Assembly: GCA_963675595.2 (NCBI GenBank)
Contig: CAXXLZ010000002.1
Coordinates: 1,856,001-1,920,000 of the forward strand
Length of the DNA: 64,000 nucleotides
Source: Thermodesulfobacteriota bacterium
GTDB lineage: Bacteria; Desulfobacterota; Desulfarculia; JACQYL01
Direction: 5' to 3'
The notes under the pieces are model-generated. The model searched no databases. It worked only from the letters and a program-made list of their open reading frames with translations, and was not told where the DNA came from. Both the position numbers and the translations under genes were made by a program. Shown in pieces: positions 20,908 to 32,300 of this stretch (positions are counted from its first letter, which is position 1; each line of letters opens with the position of its first letter).

Positions 20908-23094
20908 ATGACACGATTCCCTGTCGGCCGTTATGCGCAAATTGCGATCCTCCTGGGGACGCTTCTTTTCCTTCTTGTGTGGGCCTCTTACCGCGAAACC
21001 CGCCCGGATTGGGTACGCTACCGGGCCCTCTCCGATCCCGCGTCTCAGCCGAAAGTGGTGGAAATCCGCATTCCCCGTTGGAGCGTGGTGGACCGGTGTC
21101 CCACCTGCCACCAGGGAATCGAGGACCCGGGCTCGTCGCATCCCTCGGAGGCTTTCGGCTGCACGATCTGTCACGGAGGCCAAGGACGCTTCCTGGATAA
21201 GGACCTGGCTCACGCCGGACTTCTGGGCGGAAGCAACCCGTCCAGGCTGGACGTAGTGGATCAAACCTGCGGGCGCACCGCTCCCGACGGTACGGCCTGC
21301 CACGGGTCCTCGACGGAACTTCCTCGAAACCAGGCATTCCGAGTTCCACGATCCCTCATGGCCACCATGACCGGGGTGATCACCTCGCTCAGGGTGACCT
21401 GGAACGCCCAGGACACCTTCGAGCCGCTTTTCGCCTCCCAGACCGTCGGTTCCGCGGACGGTCTCCGGACGTTGTTTCCGGTTCCCTTCATGTCTTTGAA
21501 ACAGGTCCCCAAAGCCCGTGACGGCAGGCCTCTCCTCACGGACCGTCTGGGACATCCCATCTCAATATCCGGAAAATGGGCGGACGACCAGTGGCGCAAG
21601 TTCTGCGCGAGATGCCACCTGTGGAGTACCCGCGAAAGCGGGCCGAGCACCCATCTCGAGGGATGCGCCGCCTGCCACGTGAAGACGTCCAAGGACGGTC
21701 GATATCACGGTAAGGACGTGACCCTGAGAGACCTGCCTCCCGTGCGTGGAGAACGACATGAACTCACGGCGGCCATTGAAGTGGATCAGTGCTTTCGCTG
21801 CCACAATCGAAGCAGTCGCATCGCGCTGAACTATCAAGGCTGGATGGAATCCGACGGATACGGGACTCCTTTCCGACATGGCGGGTTTGCACCGAGCCCC
21901 CTGAGTGGAGAACGCGGAATCATGCATCTGGCCCCGGACGTGCACTTCGAAAAGGGAATGCACTGCATTGATTGCCACACGGCCGTGGACACCATGGGAG
22001 ACGGAAACCTTTACGGCAGAATGCGGGACCAAGTGGAAATTTCCTGTCCCGACTGCCACGGCAGCGCGGATGCGGAGCCCCGTTTTCAGCGGATCGAGCA
22101 TGCGGAAGACTATCCGGTGTGGGCCTCCCGGTCCCTTCGCATGCCCCCCAACGAACCGGGACACCAAGTCGCCCTGACGCGCCGCAACGGAGTCCTCATC
22201 AATGTACGCAAAGAGAAGAACGAGGTCGCGCTGTATTCCAAGGTTTCCGGAAAACGGCACCTCATCCGGGTGATCACCGGCGAACCGGGCATCCACCGGA
22301 TTCAGGGGCACGGGTCGTCCAGCATGGAGTGCTACGCCTGCCATACGCGATGGGCTCCCCAATGTTACGGATGCCACGACTACTACCGACCCGAAGGACT
22401 CCACTACGATGCTCAGGCACGGGCACCTTCTCCCGGACGATGGAGGGAGACCCGTGATTACTATCGTTTCGAAACGCCTGCCCTGGGGCGAAACAGCCGA
22501 GGCCGAGTCGCTCCTTTCGTGCCCGGATGCCAGGTGCTCTTCGACGCGTTGGACGGCCAAGGTAATCCCTCTCCGGAAGGGGGACGCCGCGTTTTCCACG
22601 GAAAACTCTACGGACACGGCATTGTGAGTACGCCTACGTTCCCCCACACCGTGCGCCGGGAAACCGCCTCGTGCGTGGACTGCCATACCAATCCCAAACG
22701 TTTGGGCCTGGGGAACGGGATCGGTCGGAGGGATCGAGGGAACTTTGAACGGCTCGGTCGTCCCCAAGCCGAAGGAGCGCCCAAGGAGTACGTACCGGAG
22801 GGCTTGGCCGACTCGGAAGGCCGTCCCCTGCAAGGAACTTCCCACGCCGGCGCACGGCCTTTCACCCGTGAGGAATTGGACCGCATCTTTCGCGTCGCCG
22901 CCTGTGTGGTCTGCCACCAAAGCGCACGCGACCCCATTTACGAGAACTTCGACGAAAGCCTGCGGCAAGCTTCCAAGCCCGAACACGCGCGCCTGGAAGC
23001 CGCTTATTTCAAAGACGAGGTACCCATGAAGTTCCCGGCTGGAGACCTGTCCGAGGCGGAATGGGAGTCTCATCCGACAATGTCCAACCCATGA
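20908..23094 (+). CDS. membrane-anchored multiheme cytochrome c (11 CxxCH plus one CX9CH)
   Basis: CPTCH, CTICH, CARCH, CAACH, CFRCH, CIDCH, CPDCH, CYACH, CYGCH, CVDCH, CVVCH; N-terminal hydrophobic helix. Confidence 0.92.
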   Translation: MTRFPVGRYAQIAILLGTLLFLLVWASYRETRPDWVRYRALSDPASQPKVVEIRIPRWSVVDRCPTCHQGIEDPGSSHPSEAFGCTICHGGQGRFLDKDLAHAGLLGGSNPSRLDVVDQTCGRTAPDGTACHGSSTELPRNQAFRVPRSLMATMTGVITSLRVTWNAQDTFEPLFASQTVGSADGLRTLFPVPFMSLKQVPKARDGRPLLTDRLGHPISISGKWADDQWRKFCARCHLWSTRESGPSTHLEGCAACHVKTSKDGRYHGKDVTLRDLPPVRGERHELTAAIEVDQCFRCHNRSSRIALNYQGWMESDGYGTPFRHGGFAPSPLSGERGIMHLAPDVHFEKGMHCIDCHTAVDTMGDGNLYGRMRDQVEISCPDCHGSADAEPRFQRIEHAEDYPVWASRSLRMPPNEPGHQVALTRRNGVLINVRKEKNEVALYSKVSGKRHLIRVITGEPGIHRIQGHGSSSMECYACHTRWAPQCYGCHDYYRPEGLHYDAQARAPSPGRWRETRDYYRFETPALGRNSRGRVAPFVPGCQVLFDALDGQGNPSPEGGRRVFHGKLYGHGIVSTPTFPHTVRRETASCVDCHTNPKRLGLGNGIGRRDRGNFERLGRPQAEGAPKEYVPEGLADSEGRPLQGTSHAGARPFTREELDRIFRVAACVVCHQSARDPIYENFDESLRQASKPEHARLEAAYFKDEVPMKFPAGDLSEAEWESHPTMSNP

Positions 23095-23284
23095 GACTCC
23101 ATCGGGTTTCCCGATGAAGTCCCTTCCCGGGCCTTCATCCCCGGCCTACCCCTTCCTTTCTCCGGCCCCCCCATGATAATCTACATTTGTGCAGGCTGAA
23201 CGAGGCGGATTTTCGATGAACTTCCTTACGAAATGATCGGAAGCCGGTTTGCTTGTGGTGTTTCCGACGACAAAGGAGTGGTTC

Positions 23285-25153
23285 ATGAGTGGAAAAGCGG
23301 GACTTCGGGCAAAACTCATCGGCGGATTCTTCATCGTGGCCCTCATTGCACCCGCGGTGGGTTTCGTGGGATGGACCGGTACACGACTTCTGAACAGGAA
23401 CGTCGAGGAGTTCGCCTCAAAACGTCTTCCCGCCACCCGGGACTTGGCGGCCATGGCGGAATCCGTGGCATCCGCCGTCGCGGCGCAACGAACTCTGCTC
23501 AATCCGAACCTCGGTAAAGAAATGCGCCAAACCCAGGAAGAAATTCTGACGCGCGAGCGAGACCGATTCGACCGTCTGAGGATGGAATATGCCGCCGAGG
23601 TGGGAGATATTGGTGAAGATCCTCTTTGGGATGAACTCGTTGGCGCCGTGGAGGAGCTGAAAGGCCTGGAATCGGAGTTCAGGGACGGCTTGAGCCGGCT
23701 CGATGAACTGGACATCGCAAACCCCGTGGCTCTCCGGGAAATCCTGGAAAAAGCGAGAGGCGATTATTTCAGTCTGCAACGGCAATGCGCGGATATGATT
23801 CAGAAGATGACCGGTTTCGAGGGAGGCGACAACGCTGCGTCGAGCCCTTTCGGCATTTGGTTGTCGCAGTACCGCACGCGGAATCCGACGATCCTGGAGG
23901 CTATGGACCGAATCCGTCCGCTTCACACGCAGTTCCATGAGTCGGTTCGGAAGATCAAGGAATATATGCGGAACAGCGCCATGTTCGACGCCTCGATGAT
24001 CTTTGAAACGGAGATGGACGCTGCGGCCGTCGGACTTTTCAAGGAGCTCGACGTGCTGAGAGCCGAGGCCGCCAAGGCGGAAGCGGTTTACGACCGGCTG
24101 AATGCCTTGAGCCTGGGGCCGCTTCTGGATCGTCAGAAAAAGGTCCGGGACCTTTTGAGCGGTCTGAATCAATCCAACGAACAATCCGTGACCGCCGAGG
24201 CCGACCGTGCCCGGGCCCTCACCACAAAAGTGGGATGGGCCACGCTCGCCGGGATGATTCTGGGCTTCATCTGCGCCGCGGCTTTGGGCGGGTATCTCAG
24301 CCTCTCCGTCACGCGGAGGCTCTCCACGTTGGCCCGGGACCTGTCCGACGGAGCGCAGGTCACGGCCGGCGCTTCGGCGCAACTGGCCTCGTCGGCGAAA
24401 GATCAGGCCCGGGAAGCCGGCGACCAGGCCGCTTCTCTCGAAGAAGCCGCCTCCTCTCTTGAACAAATGACCGCCGTGGTTCACAAGACCTCAGACGACA
24501 TGCAGCAGGCGAAGGTCGTGATGGATGCCTCCGATGCCGGCATGAGAAGCAGTCATCGATCCCTCAAAGAAACCACCGAATGCATCCAACGCATGGTAAC
24601 CACCGGGGAGGAAGCGGAAAAGATCATCAAATCCATTGACGAGATCGCCTTCCAGACCAACCTGCTGGCGCTCAACGCCGCTGTGGAGGCGGCTCGCGCA
24701 GGAGAAGCCGGGGGAGGGTTCGCCGTGGTCGCCGACGAGGTCCGGAGCTTGGCCCTTCGCTCGGCCGAGGCGGCCAAGGCCACCGAAAACCTCATCGGAC
24801 AAACTCTGCGTTACATACGAGAAGGCAACGAATTGGTGGGAAGAACCCTGGAAGAATTCGACACCATGGACCAGGACGTCAAGAGGGTTGCGACCTTGTT
24901 CGGCGGGCTTATGGAATCCGTTTCCGACCAGACGCGATCCATTGAACGAGTCCGAAAGATGATGGACGAACTCTCCCGGGGGGTACAGCGGAACGCGGCC
25001 AATGCCGAAGAATCCTCCGCCGCGGCGGAGGATATGCGCGCCCGGGCGGAAAGCACCCGTAATCACGTGCGGGCTTTGCTGGCCCTGCTGGGCGGTAGAG
25101 AAGCACTCGAAACCGGAGACTCTTCGCCGCGGGCCGCGTTGCCGGCCCCCTGA
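23285..25153 (+). CDS. methyl-accepting chemotaxis protein
   Basis: Two TM helices; [34 protein letters not shown] signalling hairpin. Confidence 0.95.
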   Translation: MSGKAGLRAKLIGGFFIVALIAPAVGFVGWTGTRLLNRNVEEFASKRLPATRDLAAMAESVASAVAAQRTLLNPNLGKEMRQTQEEILTRERDRFDRLRMEYAAEVGDIGEDPLWDELVGAVEELKGLESEFRDGLSRLDELDIANPVALREILEKARGDYFSLQRQCADMIQKMTGFEGGDNAASSPFGIWLSQYRTRNPTILEAMDRIRPLHTQFHESVRKIKEYMRNSAMFDASMIFETEMDAAAVGLFKELDVLRAEAAKAEAVYDRLNALSLGPLLDRQKKVRDLLSGLNQSNEQSVTAEADRARALTTKVGWATLAGMILGFICAAALGGYLSLSVTRRLSTLARDLSDGAQVTAGASAQLASSAKDQAREAGDQAASLEEAASSLEQMTAVVHKTSDDMQQAKVVMDASDAGMRSSHRSLKETTECIQRMVTTGEEAEKIIKSIDEIAFQTNLLALNAAVEAARAGEAGGGFAVVADEVRSLALRSAEAAKATENLIGQTLRYIREGNELVGRTLEEFDTMDQDVKRVATLFGGLMESVSDQTRSIERVRKMMDELSRGVQRNAANAEESSAAAEDMRARAESTRNHVRALLALLGGREALETGDSSPRAALPAP

Positions 25154-25307
25154 ATGTTCCGGTGAGGCGTTGCCTGAACCCCTCAGCCTCGGCTCTGCAC
25201 AACAGCGGAGCAGGTCGAGGCAATGAGGCGATACGTCAAAGTCCGAGGGGAAGTCGGGGGGACGCCAGCGACGCCCCCTCGATGTCGTGGGATTTGTGCG
25301 GATGGGA

Positions 25308-26648
25308 TTACAGAACCTCGCCCGTGTTCAGGTCGATGACCACGTTGTTGTCCGCCGGAGGCAGGTCCGTCCAGAAGGACCCGAGGAGGAGCCCCATTTG
25401 AGCGACCACGGGGTCCGGGTCCTGCATCAACGTTTGGATGGTCAGGAGGTCCGCCGCGCCCGGGGTCTCGTCCCCATGATAATGGGCGGTCACCGCCGCC
25501 ACGGCGTAAGGAGTCAGTTCCAAAGCCTTTTCCTCGGACAATCCGAACCCGGTCAGCATGACCGGGGCCTGGAAACTGAGCTGGGTTTCCACGAAATTTT
25601 TCGAGTATTCCTGGAAAGTCAGGCCTCCGGTGTCCACGTCCACGTTTTCAAGGAAGGTACTGGTGATGGTCAACAGCCCGTCCGCACCGTAAGTCACCAC
25701 CCGGCAGGGGTTGGGATAGGTGATGACGGAGCCCGTTTCCACGTCGAACACGAAAGCGCCGGAAGCCGCCCAAGAGGCCTTGGTGATGTCCTGGGCATGA
25801 TAATGTCCGGTGAACACCACCTTGAGGCCGGCTTCGGCCAGAGTTTGAGAAACGGTCTCCCAATCGTCGATTACGTATTCATCCCCCAAGCCCGGCAGGG
25901 TGGACTGCCCGGTGAAGTGTTCGGTCAGACCGTGATGCATCATGGCGATGACCTGTTTTCCCTGTGCTTGAGCCTTCTGGAGTTGCTCCACGATCCAGGC
26001 CAGGGTTTCCTCGGAAAAGGCCCCGCCCGTTCTTTCTTGAGTATCGCCCTCCTCGTAATCGTATTTGCAGGAGTCCAGGGCCAGCAGCCACAACCCCCGC
26101 ACCGGCTCGGCCACGTAACTCAACGAATTCGAATCGCGTGCCAGGGCCTCGCCGTATCCGAAATCATGAAACATCGTCGCAAAGCCTTCGGAAGAGACAT
26201 TGTCCACCGGTTCCACGGTGCTTCCGTCATAGGCCACGGCCTCGGGATTGTCGATGTCGTGATTGCCCGGCACCACATAGACCGATATCCCTTTGGCCTC
26301 CAGCCCGGCCAGTTGCGCGGCCAACCATTCGAAATTCACCAACTCTCCATCTTTGGTCAGGTCTCCCGGAATCAGGACGAATTGGACGCCCGCCTGCTCG
26401 ATGCCGGCGACCACGGCTTGGAGCAAGGTTTCACTTTCCGGCAGCATCTTCCGATCACTCGCCATTTCCGTCTGGAAAGCAACCCCGTCGTTAATGAGCA
26501 GGGAAGGGTCGAAGATATGAGGATCGGACAGCACCGCAAAGCCGGCCCCCTCGAAGCCCTTGTCATCGTCGTCTCCGCCGCAACCCGGCAACCCTACCAG
26601 GACGGCGCACAAGCAACACAGCACCGTGATCCCCTTGATGAACCGCAT
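25308..26648 (-). CDS. calcineurin-like metallophosphoesterase, probable lipoprotein
   Basis: DPH, GDLT, GNHD, HH, GHYH motifs; lipobox-like LPGC followed by GGDDDD. Confidence 0.88.
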   Translation of the reverse strand: MRFIKGITVLCCLCAVLVGLPGCGGDDDDKGFEGAGFAVLSDPHIFDPSLLINDGVAFQTEMASDRKMLPESETLLQAVVAGIEQAGVQFVLIPGDLTKDGELVNFEWLAAQLAGLEAKGISVYVVPGNHDIDNPEAVAYDGSTVEPVDNVSSEGFATMFHDFGYGEALARDSNSLSYVAEPVRGLWLLALDSCKYDYEEGDTQERTGGAFSEETLAWIVEQLQKAQAQGKQVIAMMHHGLTEHFTGQSTLPGLGDEYVIDDWETVSQTLAEAGLKVVFTGHYHAQDITKASWAASGAFVFDVETGSVITYPNPCRVVTYGADGLLTITSTFLENVDVDTGGLTFQEYSKNFVETQLSFQAPVMLTGFGLSEEKALELTPYAVAAVTAHYHGDETPGAADLLTIQTLMQDPDPVVAQMGLLLGSFWTDLPPADNNVVIDLNTGEVL

Positions 26649-26716
26649 GAGCGATCCTCCCTTTTTCCGAATTTGAACCCGCTTAAGCTTCACCGCGGCC
26701 TCAAATGAAACTCAAC

Positions 26717-26772
26717 GGCCCGTTGAAAGACGATGAAGCGCTGCGCCGCGGATCGCGTTTTTCAAAGCCCGC
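26717..26772. repeat. internally deleted copy of the family A MITE-like element
   Basis: CCGTTGAAAGACGATGA joined to AGCGCTGCGCCGCGGATCGCGTTTTTCAA, matching both ends of 33425-33550. Confidence 0.6.
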
Positions 26773-27088
26773 CGAAATGACGGGCAATGAAACAGGAGGA
26801 TCCATCCACCCGAACCGCACGAACCATCAGTCTCACCGAGAAGAAACCAAGCCGGCCGGATCCTCCCGTGCCTGTTTCTACGCGGGAACTTTGTCCATTG
26901 GTGGGCGGAATCTTTAAGATTGTTTGTCCTACGAGAGAGAGCTTGGTCGTGGGGCCGGAGGGAACGACGGAAGGGTAACCACACCCCGTGGTCAAGCACG
27001 GGGCGACAAGAATTATTTTATGCACTTTGCCAAGGACTTGACTGCCTACTGGAAGTATCCGCTAATTCCGCCTCTACCCTCTTGATGG

Positions 27089-28279
27089 TTATCGTAGTCC
27101 GAACCCGGCAATGATATCCGGCCTGCTCGCGAGCAGACGTTCCAAATGGCTTTCCGGCCACGGTTCAATTCGCAAGGCGTGGTCGGACTCGTTTTCCTCC
27201 TCAATAAGAGCGACCGAATCCAAAGTAAATCTACCTGAGGTAGCGATAACAAGAACATCGACTCTGGGCGGCCCACAAAGCTTCATTTGTCCCAACAACT
27301 GCTGTACTTCAGCTATCCCGATGCTCTTGCTCTGCCAGTGCTTGCACTGGATGATGGTCCGCAGTCTTTTTGTTCCGGCAAGTGGATCAACATAGACCCT
27401 CCATACGGACATATCACGACCCCGGTCAGCTGCTTTGGTTTTGCATAACCATTCGGGATTTTCGTACCCATTCGTTGACGAAATCAGACGAAAGATTAGG
27501 CGTTCAAAATCTTCGTCGGTCAGGTTCTGCCACTTGAGTTTCGTTGCCACGGAACCTGTTGGGGCTGTTCTTACCAGCGTGCCCAGATCATTGACATCGA
27601 CAGGGATCGGCTCTCTCTCCCCATACATGGACTCGCGCAGGCCGGCTTTAGCACTTGGCCAGTCTAACTTGACGATGTCATGGAGATCGCCGACCATGCC
27701 GAAACTCATATGCCGATGAAGTTCGGACCAACGAGGCGGCTTGGGGATGGTGGTACCGAGGAGGGTGCCGATTTGTGCTACATTGGTCTTTAGTTGTGCG
27801 AATTCATCGCCCGTAACATGCTCATTTGTCTTTCGATCTTCTTTTAAAAAGTCGCCAAAATTATTAAGAATAACATCAACCTCATCGATGAGGTCGATAA
27901 GAGGGCCGCGAACAAGTTTGCGTCGCTTTCTGTTGAAACGGAGTCGGTAATCACGGAGCTGTCTGAAGGTTTCCGCGATCCGGGATTTGGCCGATTGAAA
28001 GCACTCCAAGTTGCCAATTTCCTCTGCGCCCGATTGATCCTGTAAAATCGCCTTCAGCTCTACAAACTGAATATCCGGTTTCCAGTCGTCAATCGTTGGA
28101 AGCGCTGTGAGCAGCGCGTTGAGGTCTCGAATACCCCACTCAAAACTATCTCGTTCAGCAAAGAACTCACCATCGGGCATGGCAGCCTTGATCTCAGTCA
28201 GGACCTTTTCCGCTCTGACAAGGTTCGACTCGGTGGCCTCAAACTCCCTAAGGGCCGCGTTCAGGGGACTTTCAGACAT
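27089..28279 (-). CDS. Mrr-like PD-(D/E)XK restriction endonuclease with a large N-terminal domain
   Basis: C-terminal DFERLI...DRGRD...IIQCKH...ATSGRFT; AT-richer than neighbours. Confidence 0.75.
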   Translation of the reverse strand: MSESPLNAALREFEATESNLVRAEKVLTEIKAAMPDGEFFAERDSFEWGIRDLNALLTALPTIDDWKPDIQFVELKAILQDQSGAEEIGNLECFQSAKSRIAETFRQLRDYRLRFNRKRRKLVRGPLIDLIDEVDVILNNFGDFLKEDRKTNEHVTGDEFAQLKTNVAQIGTLLGTTIPKPPRWSELHRHMSFGMVGDLHDIVKLDWPSAKAGLRESMYGEREPIPVDVNDLGTLVRTAPTGSVATKLKWQNLTDEDFERLIFRLISSTNGYENPEWLCKTKAADRGRDMSVWRVYVDPLAGTKRLRTIIQCKHWQSKSIGIAEVQQLLGQMKLCGPPRVDVLVIATSGRFTLDSVALIEEENESDHALRIEPWPESHLERLLASRPDIIAGFGLR

Positions 28280-28458
28280 TTAACCTCCAGCTTTTGCCAA
28301 AGCAGCATGGCAGTGTGAGCCAGTGGACTGAGAGCTCGAAAATTCTCGCCCATTAGACCGACCCCCAATAGCCATAGCGTCTTCTAATTATAACAAGGCT
28401 TGTGCACTGCTTCTCCTAAAGATGAAATAAAACCAAATCGCATTCCAGGCCCGCGCGG

Positions 28459-29067
28459 TCACGCACCCGGCCGGACCGCCAGGAACTCGCCCTTTCCAAC
28501 GGGAACCAGGCAGGAGGTGAAGTCGGAGTCGGCTTGAACAAGGGCTGCGAAAGGGGCCATTTGCTCCGAGTGGGACACGGCGTTGTCCACCACCAGCAGC
28601 CCTCCCTTTCGAAGGACACGCTTGAGATGGGGCCACCAGCCCGGATATTGCGCTCGGTCCGCATCGAGAAAGATCAAGTCGAAGGTCTCGTCGTCCGCGT
28701 GCGCGAGCACTTCGCCCGCATCCCCGTGGATCTGCCGGACGAACGAGGCGATGCCCGAGCGCGCCAGATTCTCTGCGGCCAAGCCGAATTTGTATTCCGA
28801 AAACTCCACGGTGGTGACGCGACCGCCGACGGCCGAAGCCGCATCAGCGAGCCAAAGGGTGGAATAACCGTTGGAGGTTCCGATTTCCAGTATGCGCCGG
28901 GCATTGGCGGACCTCACGAGCACGGATAGGAACTCCCCCGTGTCGCGCGTGATGTTCAGCATTCTGCGAGGACGATCGCTGATCGTTTGATCGTTTTGTT
29001 CGCCGAACGCCTCCAGCTCGGCCAGTAGTCGCTGCAATGATTCCGTCACGAAGGTCACCTCGAACAA
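28459..29067 (-). CDS. SAM-dependent O-methyltransferase (start may be GTG 29049)
   Basis: ILEIGTSNGYSTLW, FDLIFLDA, GGLLVVDN. Confidence 0.9.
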   Translation of the reverse strand: MFEVTFVTESLQRLLAELEAFGEQNDQTISDRPRRMLNITRDTGEFLSVLVRSANARRILEIGTSNGYSTLWLADAASAVGGRVTTVEFSEYKFGLAAENLARSGIASFVRQIHGDAGEVLAHADDETFDLIFLDADRAQYPGWWPHLKRVLRKGGLLVVDNAVSHSEQMAPFAALVQADSDFTSCLVPVGKGEFLAVRPGA

Positions 29068-29282
29068 TTGAAAGCATTTTCGGGCATTCCATGCCGCTTT
29101 TAAAAAAATTGATCATACAATGAGCTGCTTCGCCCGGCAATAGTCGAATCCATGATTTTTCGTCATGATATTGTTGATGTTTTCTCAGGAAATCACGGCA
29201 TTCTTGAGCGGAAAGACGGCATCGGCAAGGCAACTTACCGGTTCGGCGAGGCCCCGCCAGGGGCGGCGCCCGCATAGGGGGT

Positions 29283-29305
29283 CCGGGGGAACGTTGTTCC
29301 CCCGG
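29283..29305. repeat. GC-rich hairpin related to repeat families B and C; possible terminator
   Basis: CCGGGGGAAC-GTT-GTTCCCCCGG, 30 nt past the protease stop. Confidence 0.5.
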
Positions 29306-29335
29306 CTCCTGTGAATAGATTCAATCAAGGACGAT

Positions 29336-32300
29336 TTATTTCAGCGCTTGGCCCACGGACACGTGAAAGATCATGTCCAGCGGGGCTCTCGACAGCACCT
29401 TTTGCTGCTCTTCTCCGGCCAAAGCCGGGGTTATGACCACGTAATAGGCCGGAAGGGCCGCGTCGGACTGTTCCGCGGAAGTGTACTTGCCCGACTCCCT
29501 CCAGGTAAAGGACGGCCGGATGGGGAAGGAGAAGGCGATGGTCTCTCCGGCCTTAAGCTCGAACTCGTTGTTGTCGAACATTGCCACACCCTCTCCGAAA
29601 CGGTGTCCCATCTCGTCCACCACAGCCACGTGAAACAGCATGGCCTGCCCCGTCTGTTCTTCGCCGGACAGGTCGAGTGCCATGTCCACGGACACGTTGA
29701 GGTAGGTTTCCTCCCCGAACAAGGTTTGCGCTTCACAGGGAACGAAGGCGCAGGGGTTGAAAGGTAAGGCGAGGGTCGGACGCAGGGCCGCGGGATGCAC
29801 CGGGTCCAGTTCGTCCAGACCGAACCGCCACCTTGTGGACGCGGGATCAGGTGTAATGGGCCACACGGGATCGCAACCCCATTCGCAGAAAGCGCCCTCC
29901 GGGCAGATGGACCATTCCCCCGCATAGGTGTATTCCTCGGGGCAGTTGTCGTCTTCGTCGAGGATTCCGTCCCCGTCGTCATCGTCGTCGCAGGCGTCCC
30001 CCTGCCCGTCTCCGTCGATATCGTTTTGGTCGTAGTTGTCCACGCTCAGGCAGTTGTCGCAGGCGTCTCCCACATCGTCACCGTCGGTGTCCTCCTGGCC
30101 GGCGTTGATATCGTAGTCACAGTTGTCCGAGGTGTTGGCGATGCCGTCCCCGTCGATATCGGAATCACACTCGTCGCCCTCGCCGTCTCCGTTGGTGTCC
30201 GCCTGGTCTCCGTTGGGAGTGGTCCGGCAGTTGTCCACGTCGTCCCGAACGCCGTCCCCGTCCGTATCGTCGCACGCGTCTCCCCGGCCGTCTCCGTTGA
30301 AGTCCTCTTGGCCGGCGTTGGCCCTGGTCGGACAGTTGTCCACGTCGTCTGGAATCAGATCATCATCGTCGTCCGGATCGCAGGCATTGCCCAGACCGTC
30401 CGAATCCGTGTCCGTCTGGGAGGAATTGGGCACGAGCACGCAATTGTCCGAGGCGTCCGGAACCAGATCGTTGTCGTCGTCCGTGTCCGTGTCGTCCGGA
30501 ACTCCGTCGCAGTCGTGGTCCGGCAGGCCCAACCCCACCGAGGCAAAGGCGTTCCTCACCTGGCAACAGTCGTCGGCATCTACCGTGCCCTCGGAAATCA
30601 GGCTGGAGCAGGCATCCGCCATGTCCACGGCGAAGTCTTCAAACCCCGTATTCCTGCCGAGTTCGCCGGTCACCGCACGATAATAGACCTGTCGGGCCTT
30701 TTCCTCCCCGATGCCGGAAACCGTAACGGAATAATGGGTGCCCCCATCGGTCATGAGGAAACCGGCTTTGTTCAGAATGCCGTTGTTCGTGTGCACGCCT
30801 CCGTGATCATTCGACGTGGACACATAGTTGGAATAATGATCCGGGTCCCCACAGCGGACGGGGTTGGAAAGGTCTCTCCCGCATCCGGCGGCGTTGGCCC
30901 GCACCGTGTCCTCGCCCTGGAGCCAGTCGCAATCCAATCCGACCCAACAAGCGAAAAAGTGGCCCATCATATCCGCCACGTGTTCCGCCACGGCTCCGCT
31001 TTCATTCCGATAAACGAAATTGGTTTCCGAATCGTGCACCGAATGGCCGAACTCATGCCCCACCACGTCGATGGTGTGCATGCCGGTGGAAAACTGGTGG
31101 ATGGTCCAGGCGCCGCAGTCCAAGGAAGAGGCGTTGGCCGGGCTGAATCCCACGTCCAGGTACATCCAGATGTACGAGTCGTCGCCGTCATAGGACCGGC
31201 GGCCGAATACGTCCCTGTAGAAGGCGTACAGGTCTTGACTCCAGTCGAAATTGTCGTACCCCTCGGAACTGGGGCTCACGCATGCGAATCCCTCCAGGGG
31301 ACAATAGTTGAAGTAGCGGCAATGCGTTGAATAATCACATTCCCCTTCCTCGTCGTGCCACTCGGTTCTCCGGGTGGCCTGCCAGGCGAAACAGGTGCTG
31401 CTGGTGTTCCCTTCGGCGGTGAAGGAGTTCAACTGGAAACCCGCGTCGCTCCTGGGCTGCTTGTACAGGAGGCCTCCCAATAGAGCGTCCACGAAAGCGT
31501 CCGTGACCGCGCCGTAGGCTTCCGGGGAGCTGTATACGATCCTCCAGGCCAACCGGGGATTGTGTTCCACCACGGGACATTTGGGGCATTCGGAGGCCAG
31601 CAGGGCTTCGTCGAAAATCCACAGCTTGGGCGGAACCAGTACTTGCAGCTCGGACAGGGAACTCAATCCCTCGGACTTCAGGATTGCGATTCGAGCTTCC
31701 TGATCGCCGATTTCCGGGGTCGTCGTGGACAACGACAGGTCGGGCGAGTACCTCCCTCCGAGGCTCTGCAGAACGAATCGGTCTTTTTCCTCCTTGAGGA
31801 CCATTTTGTACCAGGCCCCGTACACGGGAATGTCCTGGTAATATTGGCCGAAATGGTACCGCTTGAAGTCCTCGTCCCCGGTTCTCTTGAGCAACCGCAG
31901 ATTCCTCAGAGGATAGGACACTCGAAGCAGGTCCGAGGTCATCGTCATGAGCCCCAACGCCACATCGTCCAGCGTGGTGCCTTCCGCCAGACCCGATTTG
32001 TCCAACGGGATTCCCATGTCCAGTTCCCGCACCACACCCTGGTTGACCCGTCCTTTGAGACGGCTTGTCCCCATGAGGGTCTCCACGACGCGCAAGGCGT
32101 TGGCCTGTTTCCCGTCGGCCGCGTCATCGGCCGTTTCCACGAACTTCACCGACTGAACCGCGATGTTGGAGATGAAGGCGTCGTCGGAAATGGGCTTGCC
32201 CGACTGAAGCAAAGCGGCATAGAGGTAGAACCCCAGGCCGTCGAACTCGGCCGGCAGGGTGAGCGTATAGATGGTGTAGGTGTCTAAAGATACGGAAATG

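Noticed and set aside
26940-27010. Possible ncRNA around the hairpin CCCCGTG-GTCAAG-CACGGGG (26984-27003)
   Set aside because: No tRNA, SRP or 6S hallmarks; single short REP-like hairpin with no second copy in the window
29940-30519. Repetitive GTCGTC-rich DNA as a possible CRISPR or tandem array
   Set aside because: Explained by Asp-rich TSP3 coding repeats; no identical repeats with spacers and no cas genes
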